From Nitrospirota bacterium (GTDB lineage Bacteria > Nitrospirota > Nitrospiria > Nitrospirales > Nitrospiraceae): DNA of 64,000 bases. Positions 52,692 to 63,057 of the stretch are shown here, in pieces (within the stretch, counting starts at the first letter, position 1; each line of letters opens with the position of its first letter). The translations under genes were made by a program, and so were the position numbers. The DNA is taken from NCBI GenBank assembly GCA_963703955.1, contig CAVPGK010000017.1, positions 96,001-160,000 on the forward strand. The letters run 5' to 3'. Under the pieces are notes generated by a model. It did not search any database. It worked only from the letters and a program-made list of their open reading frames with translations, and was not told the DNA's origin.

Positions 52692-53564
52692 TTAGATCAG
52701 CCCGTAGTCCTTCATGACACGCTGAAGCTTCTCACGGTTGTCGGAGGACATGGGGCTCAAGGGCAGGCGGAGCTCGGGCTGGATCTTCCCCAGGATCCCC
52801 AACGCCTCTTTGACCGGAATCGGGTTGGTCTCATAGAAGAGCGCGGCGAAGAGCGGGTATAACCTGTAATGGATCGCCTGAGCCTGATCCAACTTCCCTG
52901 CGGCAAACGTATCGACCAAGGCGGCCATGTCAGCTGGGGCGATGTTGGCGGTCACGGTGATCACACCCCTAGCTCCCACCGCCATCATCGGCAGCGTGAG
53001 CGGGTCATCGCCGGAGAGAACCGCGATCCGATCGCCGCACGCCTTGATGATTTCCGAGACCTGCTGGAGAGACCCACTCCCCTCCTTGATGGCCGCGATA
53101 TTGCGGATCGCGGCCAAGCGGGCGACGGTGGCTGGAAGCATATTCACACTGGTTCTGCTGGGAATGTTATAAAGCACCAAAGGGAGGTCCACCGCCTCGG
53201 CGACAGCTTTATAGTGCCGGAAGAGGCCTTCCTGCATCGGCTTGTTATAATACGGGGTAATCAACAAGGCGGCATCGGCGCCCGCTTTCTTGGCGTGCCG
53301 GGTGCGCGCGATGGCCTCATCGGTTGAGTTGGAGCCGGTACCTGCGATGACCGGCACCCGTCGTCCGACTACTTCGACCGTCAACGACACGACGCGGTCA
53401 TGCTCTTCGTTTGAGAGCGTGGCCGACTCTCCAGTTGTGCCGCACGGCACGATGCCATCGGTTCCGTTCGCCAGTTGAAACTCAATCAGATCCCCGAGCG
53501 CACGTTCATCCACTTGCCCGTTCCTGAACGGAGTGACGATTGCCACTAATGAGCCGGTAAACAT
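52692..53564 (-). CDS. dapA: 4-hydroxy-tetrahydrodipicolinate synthase
   Basis: GTTGES, PYYNKP, YNIP, IKE, ETNPIPVK. Confidence 0.98.
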   Translation of the reverse strand: MFTGSLVAIVTPFRNGQVDERALGDLIEFQLANGTDGIVPCGTTGESATLSNEEHDRVVSLTVEVVGRRVPVIAGTGSNSTDEAIARTRHAKKAGADAALLITPYYNKPMQEGLFRHYKAVAEAVDLPLVLYNIPSRTSVNMLPATVARLAAIRNIAAIKEGSGSLQQVSEIIKACGDRIAVLSGDDPLTLPMMAVGARGVITVTANIAPADMAALVDTFAAGKLDQAQAIHYRLYPLFAALFYETNPIPVKEALGILGKIQPELRLPLSPMSSDNREKLQRVMKDYGLI

Positions 53565-53653
53565 AAAGCCCCCTCTAGCAGTGAAATATTCGAAAGGCAA
53601 AATGCAAAACGAAAAGCCGCCTTTCTCTTCGAGTCCTTATTTTGCCTGTGGCA

Positions 53654-54913
53654 TTACCCTAAGAACTGGGGGATCACTTCACCACGCACCAAATCCTCAT
53701 AGGTTTCTCGGGACCGGATTACGTGAATCTCTCCCTCTGTGACAAGAACCTCGGGTACGCGGGGCCGTGAGTTGTAATTCGACGCCATGACGAAACCGTA
53801 CGCCCCCGCGCTCATGACGGCCAGGAGATCCCCGGCTGGTGTTTCCGGCATCGGACGGTCCTTGGCCAAGAAATCACCGGATTCGCAAACCGGGCCGACG
53901 ACGTCAACGATGAGCGTATTGGTTCGCGATGCCTCTTTGACCGCACGGATCTCATGATAGGCTCCGTATAAGCTGGGCCGGATCAGATCATTCATAGCCG
54001 CATCCACAATCACGAAGCGCTTTGCCTCACTCTCTTTGGTGTACAGCACGCGTGTCAGCAGAACGCCGGCGTTGCCCGCGATCACGCGGCCCGGTTCCAT
54101 GATCAGCACGCATTTAAGGTCGCGCACTAACGGGAAAATGGCCCTCGCTAATTCCTGCGGCGGGGGCGGTACCTCATCGGAATAGGTAATGCCCAGTCCG
54201 CCGCCGATATTGATGTATCGGATGTTGGTGCCGTGCGCTTTCAACGCTTCAACCAAAGCGAGCACTGTCTTGAGCGAATCCACAAAGGGGCTGACTTCGG
54301 TGAGCTGGGAACCGATATGCGCGTGAACACCCACGACCTCGATGTGCTTGAGCGAAGCGGCCAGTATGAATTCCTCGATCGCTCGGTCCGCGCTGATTCC
54401 GAATTTGCTCTTCTTGAGACCGGTTGAAATATACGGATGGGTTTTCGGATCGATGTCGGGATTAATGCGCAGCGCCACGCGCGCCCGTCGGCCCATCTCG
54501 GCGGCCACATCATCGATCGCGCGCAATTCGGCGGAGGACTCGACGTTGAACATCAACACGTCGGCCTCGAGCGCCTGACGGATTTCGTCCCGGCTCTTGC
54601 CGACTCCGGCAAACACGATTTTGGACGGGACTACCCCGGCCTTCACCGCTCGGTAAAGCTCTCCGCCGGAGACAATGTCCGCCCCGCTCCCCTCCTTGGC
54701 CATCAAGCGAAGAATGGCCAGGTTGGAGTTGGCTTTCATCGCGAACGCGATGATGTGCGGCACATCCTTAAAGGCACTGTCAAAGGCTCGGAAGTGTCGG
54801 ACGAACGTGGCATGGCTGTAAACATAGCAGGGCGTGCCGACTTCTTTAGCAATGCGGGTAAGCGGCACCCCCTCGCAAGACAATTCGCCGTGCCTGTACT
54901 GAAAATCATGCAT
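53654..54913 (-). CDS. lysA: Diaminopimelate decarboxylase
   Basis: FAMKAN, HIGSQ, EPGR, CESGD, SNYNSR. Confidence 0.98.
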   Translation of the reverse strand: MHDFQYRHGELSCEGVPLTRIAKEVGTPCYVYSHATFVRHFRAFDSAFKDVPHIIAFAMKANSNLAILRLMAKEGSGADIVSGGELYRAVKAGVVPSKIVFAGVGKSRDEIRQALEADVLMFNVESSAELRAIDDVAAEMGRRARVALRINPDIDPKTHPYISTGLKKSKFGISADRAIEEFILAASLKHIEVVGVHAHIGSQLTEVSPFVDSLKTVLALVEALKAHGTNIRYINIGGGLGITYSDEVPPPPQELARAIFPLVRDLKCVLIMEPGRVIAGNAGVLLTRVLYTKESEAKRFVIVDAAMNDLIRPSLYGAYHEIRAVKEASRTNTLIVDVVGPVCESGDFLAKDRPMPETPAGDLLAVMSAGAYGFVMASNYNSRPRVPEVLVTEGEIHVIRSRETYEDLVRGEVIPQFLG

Positions 54914-56792
54914 CCTGCCAGTCCTCTTCAAGCATTTCGAGGCCGGTCAGTGAGAATCCATCGAGCGCGGCTTCAAACGCCCCTTTGAACTTTCTATACC
55001 GGACCTTGGCATAAGGGGGCACCGCCTTCAGCGTCTCCCGGTCCAGAAGTGTGTGCAAGGCCCCTGGGGTTGCCTGGCGAAGATGCTCAAAGTTGACGAT
55101 GATGTCCATCTTCGCCTTCTCTGCCGCCTGCTTAATGCGCTTCAGCAACTCCTGTGCGCTGAGATGGTCGAGCGTCCCCTCAAGATCGATGAAGAGTGCG
55201 GCGAACCGATCGTGGCGCCGTGCCTTGATATCCAGCCACAGCTCCTGAGCGGGCGCGGTGGTTTCTCCGATCTTCTGCTTCAGCGCATGCAACGCATTGG
55301 GAATGAGTTGGTCCGTTTCGAACGTCGGCAGCTTCGCTTGCAGCCCTTTCAGAACCGCGGCCACCGGCGAGAGAGTTCCCTGCGGACACGCCCGCTTCAC
55401 GAGTTTCCGGAACTGCCGGTTCATCTCCCAACGAGCCACGAACCGTTGTTGGGTGGCGGACAAGCGGCGCCAGATCGAGGGCAGCGAGTAGAATTGGTGG
55501 TTGGCCCAGAAAAATCCCTCTTGAAGCTGCTCCGGCGTCATGCGGGTTGGGTAGTACACTACATGCTTGCCGTCGTACTTGGCCCAGTCTCGGTCAAAGA
55601 TCCGTCCGGCGCCGTTGTAGCGTTCGTACAACGCGGTGCCGGGGAGCGGGGTCAATACATTGAAGTACGCCAACTCCACGCGATTCTTTACCAAGAATTC
55701 CACGGCTCGCTCGAAGACCGATTCATCGTCATTGTCGAACCCAAAAACGATCCCGGGATTGACCATGATTCCATGGTCATGGAACATCTTGATCTCATCC
55801 GAGAACTTCTGGACGCGGTTGAACTGTTTGTTCGTTTCTTCCAGCGCATTTTCGTCGAGCGACTCCATGCCCACGAAGACCGACACGCAGCCGCTCTCGG
55901 CCGCGAGCTTCACCATCTCCTCGTCATCGCCCAAGAACAGCGTGGATTGGCATCCCCACTTGATGTTCAGAGGTTTCAATGCGGTCCACAGCTCCCGGCA
56001 ATACGCCCGGTTGCTGTTGTGGAGATCGTCCACAAAAGCGAAGATCGTCCCGTCCTCGATCCCGATTCGAATCCGCAGGGCGGTCACGAAAGCTTTCCAG
56101 AGCGAATCGTTTCGTATCCGCTCGACCAACTCGCTCCGGATCCATTGCTTGACCCGAGCGAGTTCTGGGACCACTTCCTGGACCGGTCGACGCCGCGTCG
56201 TTTTCCCGTTGAATGGGGAGACGCTGCAGAATTCGCAGTCAAAATGGCATCCGCGCGTGGTAAAGCTGCATTGCCGCGTCATGTAAGCATCCGGGCTCAA
56301 CAGTTCCACCCGCGGGCTCCTGTATTGTTCCAACGAAGGGAATGCCCCCATCTTGTAGACGCGCTTCATCATCCCGGCCTCGAAGTCGGCCACCAGCTGA
56401 GGCCACAGATCCTCCGCTTCTCCGCAGACGATCGCATCACAGTACCGGAGGGCTTCATCGGGGCAATAGGTCGGATGCACCCCTCCCAGGACGACGGTCT
56501 TGCCGCGTTTCCTGAACTCAGCGGAGATTTCATAGGCGCGTGGGGCGTAACAGGTCATGATTGATAAGCCGACGAGGTCGCATGGCTGATCGAAATCGAC
56601 ATCCTGCACGGCCTCATCGACCAGGACGACGTCCCAGCCGGAGGGCGTGTAGGCGGCAATCGTCGGTAGACTAAGCTTCGGAAACCAGACGGCGCGCCGC
56701 TCGCTAGCCGTGAGATGATACGGATTATTGCGCGGATACGGGTCAATGAGTAAAAGGGTGCGCGCCTTCTCTTTTGAACGAATAGGTTCCAT
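54906..56792 (-). CDS. B12-binding-domain radical SAM protein with C-terminal STAS-like extension
   Basis: GGVHPT, GEAE, TRGCHFDCEFC, LTPLPGT; tail FIDLEGTLDHLSA...IIVNFEHL. Confidence 0.9.
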   Translation of the reverse strand: MEPIRSKEKARTLLLIDPYPRNNPYHLTASERRAVWFPKLSLPTIAAYTPSGWDVVLVDEAVQDVDFDQPCDLVGLSIMTCYAPRAYEISAEFRKRGKTVVLGGVHPTYCPDEALRYCDAIVCGEAEDLWPQLVADFEAGMMKRVYKMGAFPSLEQYRSPRVELLSPDAYMTRQCSFTTRGCHFDCEFCSVSPFNGKTTRRRPVQEVVPELARVKQWIRSELVERIRNDSLWKAFVTALRIRIGIEDGTIFAFVDDLHNSNRAYCRELWTALKPLNIKWGCQSTLFLGDDEEMVKLAAESGCVSVFVGMESLDENALEETNKQFNRVQKFSDEIKMFHDHGIMVNPGIVFGFDNDDESVFERAVEFLVKNRVELAYFNVLTPLPGTALYERYNGAGRIFDRDWAKYDGKHVVYYPTRMTPEQLQEGFFWANHQFYSLPSIWRRLSATQQRFVARWEMNRQFRKLVKRACPQGTLSPVAAVLKGLQAKLPTFETDQLIPNALHALKQKIGETTAPAQELWLDIKARRHDRFAALFIDLEGTLDHLSAQELLKRIKQAAEKAKMDIIVNFEHLRQATPGALHTLLDRETLKAVPPYAKVRYRKFKGAFEAALDGFSLTGLEMLEEDWQDA

Positions 56793-56854
56793 GGACCTCT
56801 TCCTCCTCCTGTTGCGTCAGCGATCATTGGGACCGCACGTGAATCACGGGGGTT

Positions 56855-57214
56855 CTATCGGGGCGGAACCAAGATGGCTCCATCCGGTCGTGCGGCAGGG
56901 TCAGCCGCCTGATCCAGATCGTTCGGCTCCCCTGCTTTCTCCTCCTTGGTCGGTTGATCGACCACACCTTCTCGCTCTGGCACGGGCTTTCCCTTTTCTT
57001 CCTGGTCTTTCCTCAGCCGAGCTTCTTTCTCCAGTCGATCTCTCTCCTGAGCGTCCTTTTGCCGTTTTATGTTCACGCCGATATCTTCGGGCGCGACCAG
57101 TGGTCCGACCGTCCCGCAACTGACAAAGATTCCCACACTGCTTATCACAATCGTCCAGGTGGTCAAGAAGACCAATCTCACCCACCCACGCCAGGCGTTC
57201 ATTTCACCGGCCAC
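56855..57214 (-). CDS. Lipoprotein, LptM/YifL-like N-terminus
   Basis: VSCGTVGPLVAPED resembles CGxKGPLxxP; located between argH and lysA. Confidence 0.65.
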   Translation of the reverse strand: MAGEMNAWRGWVRLVFLTTWTIVISSVGIFVSCGTVGPLVAPEDIGVNIKRQKDAQERDRLEKEARLRKDQEEKGKPVPEREGVVDQPTKEEKAGEPNDLDQAADPAARPDGAILVPPR

Positions 57215-57217
57215 TCA

Positions 57218-58654
57218 TCACACGAGCGTCTTTTCCAATGCTTTGATCCGGGCCTCCACTCGCTTTCTCGCAGTCCCACCGATTTGTCCCTTTCGCTCGA
57301 GGGCTCCTTCCAGGGTGATCACGTCCAGCGCATCCTTCTCGAAACGGTCGGAGAACGATCGAAGATCACCGAGGGTCAAGGTTCTGAGATCCCGATGCCG
57401 GTCCAGGCAATACCTCACAATCCGTCCGCTGACGGCATGTGCTTCCCGGAAAGGGACACCTTTCGTGACAAGATAATCCGCGAGCTCGGTGGCCAAGAGG
57501 AAGCCGGAGTCGGCGGCTCGCGCCATCGCGGCACGGTGTATGGTGAGCCCTCTGATCAGCTCCATGTACAGTGAGAGCGACGCCATGACCGTATCCAGCG
57601 CGTCGAACAGCGACTCCTTATCCTCTTGCAAATCCCGGTTGTAACTGAGAGGCAAGCCCTTCATCGTCGTCAAGAGGCCGATAAGGTGACCGTACACCCG
57701 GCCGGTCTTCCCGCGGACCAACTCGGGAACGTCCGGGTTCTTCTTTTGCGGCATCATGCTGCTTCCCGTACAGAAGGCGTCGGGTAACTCGACAAACTGA
57801 AATTCCTCTGAGGACCACAAGACCAACTCTTCGCTCAGCCTCGATAGATGCATCATGATCAGGGACAGGGCCGACAAAGCCTCAACGACAAAGTCTCGAT
57901 CCGAGACGGCATCGAGGCTGTTGTCAGTGACCCGTGGAAACCCCAGCAGACGCGCTGTGTAGGCGCGATCGATGGGATAGTTGGTCCCGGCCAACGCGCC
58001 CGATCCAAGCGGCATGATATCAAGCCGTTTGAGGGCATCGCGCACCCGACCCTTGTCGCGTTCCAGCATCTCGACATACGCCAGGAAATGGTGGGCCAGC
58101 AAGATCGGCTGAGCCCGCTGTAAATGAGTATAGCCGGGCATGATCACGTCGAGGTGATGTCGGGCCTGAAAAACAAGCGCCTGCTCGACCCGAAGGATAT
58201 TGTCGAGCAAAGAAGCCAGCGCATCGCGAAGGTACAGGCGTATATCGAGCGCAACCTGATCGTTCCGGCTACGGCCCGTGTGGAGCTTGCCACCCAGCGG
58301 GCCGATCAGCTCCGTGAGCCGCCGTTCAACGGCCATGTGAATGTCTTCGTCCTCGGGCCGAAACGTAAAGCGATCCTCCGCAAATTCCGCTCGAACTCTT
58401 TCCAGCCCGCTGATCAACGTCGCCGCCTCGCGCCTGGACAGCACGCCGGCACGCTCGAGTGTCCTGCAGTGGGCGATGCTGCCGCGGATATCATGAGCGT
58501 ACAACCGACGGTCGAACGAGAGAGACGAGGTAAAGCGCTCGACAAGCTCATGGGTTCGCCCACGAAAGCGACCGGCCCAGAGTTTAGCGGATGGACTGGC
58601 TTCCATCTTTCTCATAGGCCGCGGTCTCATTTTTCTGCGTGAGCGCATGGGCAT
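57218..58654 (-). CDS. argH: Argininosuccinate lyase
   Basis: LWAGRF, HTGRSRNDQ, GYTHLQ, GSSMMPQKKNP; start uncertain. Confidence 0.98.
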   Translation of the reverse strand: MPMRSRRKMRPRPMRKMEASPSAKLWAGRFRGRTHELVERFTSSLSFDRRLYAHDIRGSIAHCRTLERAGVLSRREAATLISGLERVRAEFAEDRFTFRPEDEDIHMAVERRLTELIGPLGGKLHTGRSRNDQVALDIRLYLRDALASLLDNILRVEQALVFQARHHLDVIMPGYTHLQRAQPILLAHHFLAYVEMLERDKGRVRDALKRLDIMPLGSGALAGTNYPIDRAYTARLLGFPRVTDNSLDAVSDRDFVVEALSALSLIMMHLSRLSEELVLWSSEEFQFVELPDAFCTGSSMMPQKKNPDVPELVRGKTGRVYGHLIGLLTTMKGLPLSYNRDLQEDKESLFDALDTVMASLSLYMELIRGLTIHRAAMARAADSGFLLATELADYLVTKGVPFREAHAVSGRIVRYCLDRHRDLRTLTLGDLRSFSDRFEKDALDVITLEGALERKGQIGGTARKRVEARIKALEKTLV

Positions 58655-58672
58655 TGGCCTTCGGTCACATTC

Positions 58673-59890
58673 CTATGACTTGCGGTCTTTGCGGCGCTGC
58701 GCGCGGATGGCCAGGCGCAACGCACTCAGGCGAATGAATCCTTCTGCATCCTTCTGGCGATAGGCCTCGTCTTCCTCAAACGTCGCAAGATCCAGCCGGT
58801 ACAGGGACCGATCCGACTTTCGACCGACCACGGTGCAACTTCCCTTATAGAGCTTGACCCGGACCGTGCCTGTGACGTCCTGCTGCGACTCGTCAAGCGC
58901 CTTCTGCAACATCTCCCGCTCCGGTGTGTACCAATATCCATAATAGATGAGTTCGGCATATCGCGGTGCCAGGCTGTCGCGGAGGTGGAGCACCTCCCGA
59001 TCCATCGTGATCGATTCCAATCCGCGATGCGCGGCGTGGAGAATCGTACCGCCCGGCGTCTCGTACACGCCGCGTGACTTCATCCCTACGTAGCGGTTTT
59101 CAACTAAATCCATCCGGCCGACGCCGTGCGCGCCACCGAGTTTGTTGAGATGAGCCAGTAGAACGGCCGGCGTCATCCGCTTACCGTCCACCGCAACAGG
59201 ATCGCCGTGCTCGTACTCGATCTCGACTTCGAGCGGCCTGTTCGGCGCCTTTTCCGGTGAGACCGTCATGTGAAAAATTTCGTCGGGCGGCGCTTCCCAC
59301 GGGTCTTCGAGAATCCCGCCCTCATAGCTGACATGAAACAGATTCAGATCCATGCTGTACGGCTTGGCCTTCGTGGCGGTGACTGGGATACCGTGAGCCG
59401 AGGCGTAATCGATCAACTCGCGGCGCGAGCGAAAGGTCCACTCGCGCCACGGCGCGATGATTCTGACTCGCGGATCGAGCGCCAAGTACGTGAGTTCGAA
59501 CCGAACCTGGTCATTGCCTTTCCCGGTCGCACCATGGGAGACCGCATCCGCCCCTTCCTTGCGGGCGAGCTCAATCTGTCGTCGCGCGATGAGAGGCCTA
59601 GCGATGGAGGTCCCCAAGAGATAGCCGCCTTCATAGACCGCATTCCCGCGCAGCATGGGAAAGATATGTTCCTTGACAAAGACCTCTCGAAGGTCCTCCA
59701 CATAGGCTTTGGAGGCGCCCACGGACAGAGCCTTGGCCTTGATCGCCTTGAGGTCTTCCCCTTGGCCGAGGTCCGCGCAAAAGGCAATGACCTGGCAGCC
59801 GTATGTCTCTTGGAGCCACTTGAGAATGACAGACGTATCAAGACCCCCGGAGTACGCCAGCACCACCTTCTTAACCGTGCCGCGTTTCAT
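58673..59890 (-). CDS. argG: Argininosuccinate synthase
   Basis: [30 protein letters not shown]. Confidence 0.98.
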   Translation of the reverse strand: MKRGTVKKVVLAYSGGLDTSVILKWLQETYGCQVIAFCADLGQGEDLKAIKAKALSVGASKAYVEDLREVFVKEHIFPMLRGNAVYEGGYLLGTSIARPLIARRQIELARKEGADAVSHGATGKGNDQVRFELTYLALDPRVRIIAPWREWTFRSRRELIDYASAHGIPVTATKAKPYSMDLNLFHVSYEGGILEDPWEAPPDEIFHMTVSPEKAPNRPLEVEIEYEHGDPVAVDGKRMTPAVLLAHLNKLGGAHGVGRMDLVENRYVGMKSRGVYETPGGTILHAAHRGLESITMDREVLHLRDSLAPRYAELIYYGYWYTPEREMLQKALDESQQDVTGTVRVKLYKGSCTVVGRKSDRSLYRLDLATFEEDEAYRQKDAEGFIRLSALRLAIRAQRRKDRKS

Positions 59891-59945
59891 CCGAACCTCG
59901 AAGGCTAGAGTAAAAGGGGAAAAGCAAAGAAGAGAGCGTGTTTGC

Positions 59946-60953
59946 TCACTTCTTACGTTTTCCTGTTACCGTGTTACGTGGCGACAGCAGTTCGACCAGA
60001 ATAGCTTTCTGCATGTGGAGCCGATTTTCCGCTTGATCTAAGACCACGGACTGCGGCCCGTCGAGAACGCCGGCGGTGATTTCTTGCCCTCGATGCGCCG
60101 GTAGGCAGTGCATCACAATGGCATCCGGACGAGCGCTCTTGAGCAGCCGTTCGTTGAGCTGGTAAGGGGTAAGCGTCTTGAGGCGGCGTGATTGCTCGCG
60201 CTCACGGCCCATGCTGATCCAGACGTCGGTATAGACTACATCCGCCTCTTTGACAGCGACATTCGGGTTCTCGGTGATCTGGATGGACGCTCCGGTCTGC
60301 TCCGCTTCGGCACGAGCCAGATCAACAATGTGTTGGTCCGGTTCATAGCCGTTCGGACATCCGAGGCTGATCGTCATCCCCATCTTGGAGGCGCATTCAA
60401 TCAGAGAGTTCGCCACGTTGTTCCCGTCTCCGACGTAGGCGATCTTTATGCCTTTGAGGCGCCCTCTCTTCTCGTGAATGGTGAGGAGGTCCGAGAGAGC
60501 TTGGCAGGGATGACACAGGTCCGTGAGCCCGTTGATCACTGGAATTGTCGCCTGGTGAGCCCACTCGTCGACAACGGCCTGGTCATAGGTTCGGACGACC
60601 AAGCCATCGAGGTAGCGTGAAAGCACGTGCGCGGTATCGGCGATGCTTTCACCTCGACAGAGTTGAATATCTGACGCCGATAAGAACAGGGACTGCCCGC
60701 CCAGCTGGTTCATGCCCGCTTCGAAGGACACGCGCGTGCGGGTGGAAGGTTTCTCGAACAGCAGCCCCAAGGTGGCGCCGGCCAGCGGTTGATAGAGCAC
60801 GCCACGTTGCCGCTTATTCTTCAGCTCGGTCGCCGCACGCAGAAGCTTCGCCACCTGATGCCGTGGGACGGCGCCCACCGTCAAGAGATCTTTCCCAAAT
60901 GCAGGAGAGGCCTTGCGGAGCACAGGCAACTGAGTCTTCCAGGATTGGTCCAT
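59946..60953 (-). CDS. argF: Ornithine carbamoyltransferase
   Basis: STRTR, HPCQ, WISMG, HCLP. Confidence 0.98.
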   Translation of the reverse strand: MDQSWKTQLPVLRKASPAFGKDLLTVGAVPRHQVAKLLRAATELKNKRQRGVLYQPLAGATLGLLFEKPSTRTRVSFEAGMNQLGGQSLFLSASDIQLCRGESIADTAHVLSRYLDGLVVRTYDQAVVDEWAHQATIPVINGLTDLCHPCQALSDLLTIHEKRGRLKGIKIAYVGDGNNVANSLIECASKMGMTISLGCPNGYEPDQHIVDLARAEAEQTGASIQITENPNVAVKEADVVYTDVWISMGREREQSRRLKTLTPYQLNERLLKSARPDAIVMHCLPAHRGQEITAGVLDGPQSVVLDQAENRLHMQKAILVELLSPRNTVTGKRKK

Positions 60954-62146
60954 TACAATCGTTTCGTGACCACATCCTCCAGGACATCAAGGAGGCGGTC
61001 AATTTCGCGCTGGGTGATAATGAGGGGCGGTGCGAAGCGCAAGACTCGATCCATGGTGCAATTAATCAGCAGGCCGCGGATGAGGCAGTCGGCCACGACC
61101 GGATTTCCGTCGATAGTCAGTTCCATCCCTTGCAAAAGGCCCATGCCTCGCACGTCCTTGACGTTAGGCAAACGTTCCTTGATATCGAGTAGGCCTTTAG
61201 CAAAGTACTGGCCCACAGCTCGGCTATGGGCGAGGATCTTGCCCTCCAGGAGGACATGTAGCACCGCCAACGCGGCGCTGCATGTCAGGGGATTCCCGCC
61301 AAAGGTAGACGCATGGGTGCCCGGAGTGAAGGCCGCCGCCACCTCGTCGGTGGCCAGACACGCTCCGATCGGAACGCCTCCCCCCAAGCCCTTTGCAAGG
61401 GTCATGATGTCGGGGAGGACCCCGAATTGTTCATAGGCAAAGAGCGTTCCCGTCCGGCCCATCCCGGTTTGTACTTCATCGAAGATCAACAGGATATCCC
61501 GCTCGCGGCACAGGGCACGCAGACCTTCAAGATAGCTGCGTTCGGCGACATGGACGCCGCCCTCTCCTTGAATGAGTTCCAGCATGACGGCCGCTGTTGA
61601 ACCGCTGAGCGCCTTTTCCACGGCGGGCAGATCATTGAAAGGGACAAAGATGAAACCCGGGACGAGAGGCTCGAACCCTTTCCGGACCTTTTCCTGCCCG
61701 GTCGCCGACAGGGTCGCCATCGTCCGACCGTGGAAGGATTGCAGCATGGTGATGATCTCGTACCGGTCCGGGCCGTACTTCTGATGAGCATAACGCCGGG
61801 ACAATTTAATCGCCGCTTCGTTCGCCTCTGCGCCGCTGTTACAGAAGAACACCTTTTGGGCGAACGAGTGCTCGACCAGGGTTTGAGCCAGCTTCACCTG
61901 CGGCTCTGTGAAATACAGATTGGAGGCGTGGAGGAGATGCTGCGTCTGCTTTTGAATTGCGGCGACGACGTCGGGGTGCGAGTGACCGAGGACGTTGACG
62001 GCGATTCCGGCGACAAAATCAAGGTATTCGCGCCCTTCCAGATCATAGACACGACTCCCTCGTCCGCGCACGATGGAGATGGGTATGCGCGCATAGGTAT
62101 TCATCAGATACCGCTCGGCGTCGCGTCGTAATTCTTCAGTGGGCAT
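60953..62146 (-). CDS. argD: Acetylornithine aminotransferase
   Basis: NSGAEANE, FHGRT, DEVQTG, LAKGLGGG. Confidence 0.97.
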   Translation of the reverse strand: MPTEELRRDAERYLMNTYARIPISIVRGRGSRVYDLEGREYLDFVAGIAVNVLGHSHPDVVAAIQKQTQHLLHASNLYFTEPQVKLAQTLVEHSFAQKVFFCNSGAEANEAAIKLSRRYAHQKYGPDRYEIITMLQSFHGRTMATLSATGQEKVRKGFEPLVPGFIFVPFNDLPAVEKALSGSTAAVMLELIQGEGGVHVAERSYLEGLRALCRERDILLIFDEVQTGMGRTGTLFAYEQFGVLPDIMTLAKGLGGGVPIGACLATDEVAAAFTPGTHASTFGGNPLTCSAALAVLHVLLEGKILAHSRAVGQYFAKGLLDIKERLPNVKDVRGMGLLQGMELTIDGNPVVADCLIRGLLINCTMDRVLRFAPPLIITQREIDRLLDVLEDVVTKRL

Positions 62147-62300
62147 GGAAATGGATGATAATTGGGAAAAGGTAACACAAGGGTCCTGATGAGCGCAATA
62201 GAAACTGTTTGAGCCGGACTCCGTATCTTCTTCTCTCTGTTGAACTTTTCCATCTTCCTTGCTTGAGCCGATGAATGGCTCGATGCTATAACTTCACTGC

Positions 62301-62918
62301 GTGAAGGCCTGTGAAAAATGTGCCCAGCAGAATCCGGATGACGCCCTCTTCTGTCAGCAATGCGGCGCGTCCTTTTCTGCCGACTCCTCCCCATCGCTTG
62401 ATGAAGGACAGGTCTGGCGGGCCTTCATCGGTCCGAACGCCGACCGATATTTCGACCAGTTTCGCAAATTCACGACCGGCGCCACCCCTCGATTTGCCTT
62501 GACCTGGCACTGGCCGGCCTTTCTCGTCGATCCCTTCCTCTGGTTTCTATACCGCAAGATGTATCTCTACGCGCTGGTCTATGCGGTGGGACCGGTGGTA
62601 TCGGCCTATGTGACAGGAGATTTCACGGTCGGCATTGTGTGGCGCATCATGGCCGGCGTCAGCGCCAACTACATCTACTATTGGCACGTGAAGGAACATG
62701 TAGTGTCGATCAGCGCGAAAAGGCATCTTGATGCCGCCGCGCAGGAGAGACTGTTGCGCGATCTCGGTGGAGTTCAGCCGTACGTGATATGGCTGGGGGT
62801 GGCCCTCCACGTATTGCTCGTGGCGATGATGATCATGGTTGCGCGCGAAGGCCCGCCGGACGGGGAAAAGTTCAAGCCAGAAAACCCGAAGCCATCTCCC
62901 GCCAGTTTCATCATCTGA
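62301..62918 (+). CDS. Zinc-ribbon plus DUF2628-like membrane protein
   Basis: CEKC...FCQQCG; WHWPAF..WFLYRKMY; ANYIYY. Confidence 0.85.
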   Translation: MKACEKCAQQNPDDALFCQQCGASFSADSSPSLDEGQVWRAFIGPNADRYFDQFRKFTTGATPRFALTWHWPAFLVDPFLWFLYRKMYLYALVYAVGPVVSAYVTGDFTVGIVWRIMAGVSANYIYYWHVKEHVVSISAKRHLDAAAQERLLRDLGGVQPYVIWLGVALHVLLVAMMIMVAREGPPDGEKFKPENPKPSPASFII

Positions 62919-62934
62919 TCTCCCTTGTCTACCA

Positions 62935-62970
62935 TAGGCTTCTCAAGGAGGCAGAATCTCACCCGCCCGG
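62935..62970. repeat. Degenerate half-copy of the GCTGAAAA/TTTTGAGC element
   Basis: TAGGCTTCTCAAGGAGGC matches the copy-3 end TAGGCTGCTCAAAAAGGC at 15/18, followed by TCTCACCCGCCC. Confidence 0.5.
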
Positions 62971-63057
62971 TTAGGACTCGCAGCTTCTTCTCACTCCCTT
63001 TCGGGTAAGATCTCGCCAGCAACTGGTAACGGCACTTCTGCGCCCGCCTTCTCTTTT

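Noticed and set aside
55053..56564. Long antisense ORFs (also 19392-20621, 9303-10298, 11642-12721, 32377-33339)
   Set aside because: They are shadows of well-supported genes on the opposite strand, expected at high GC.
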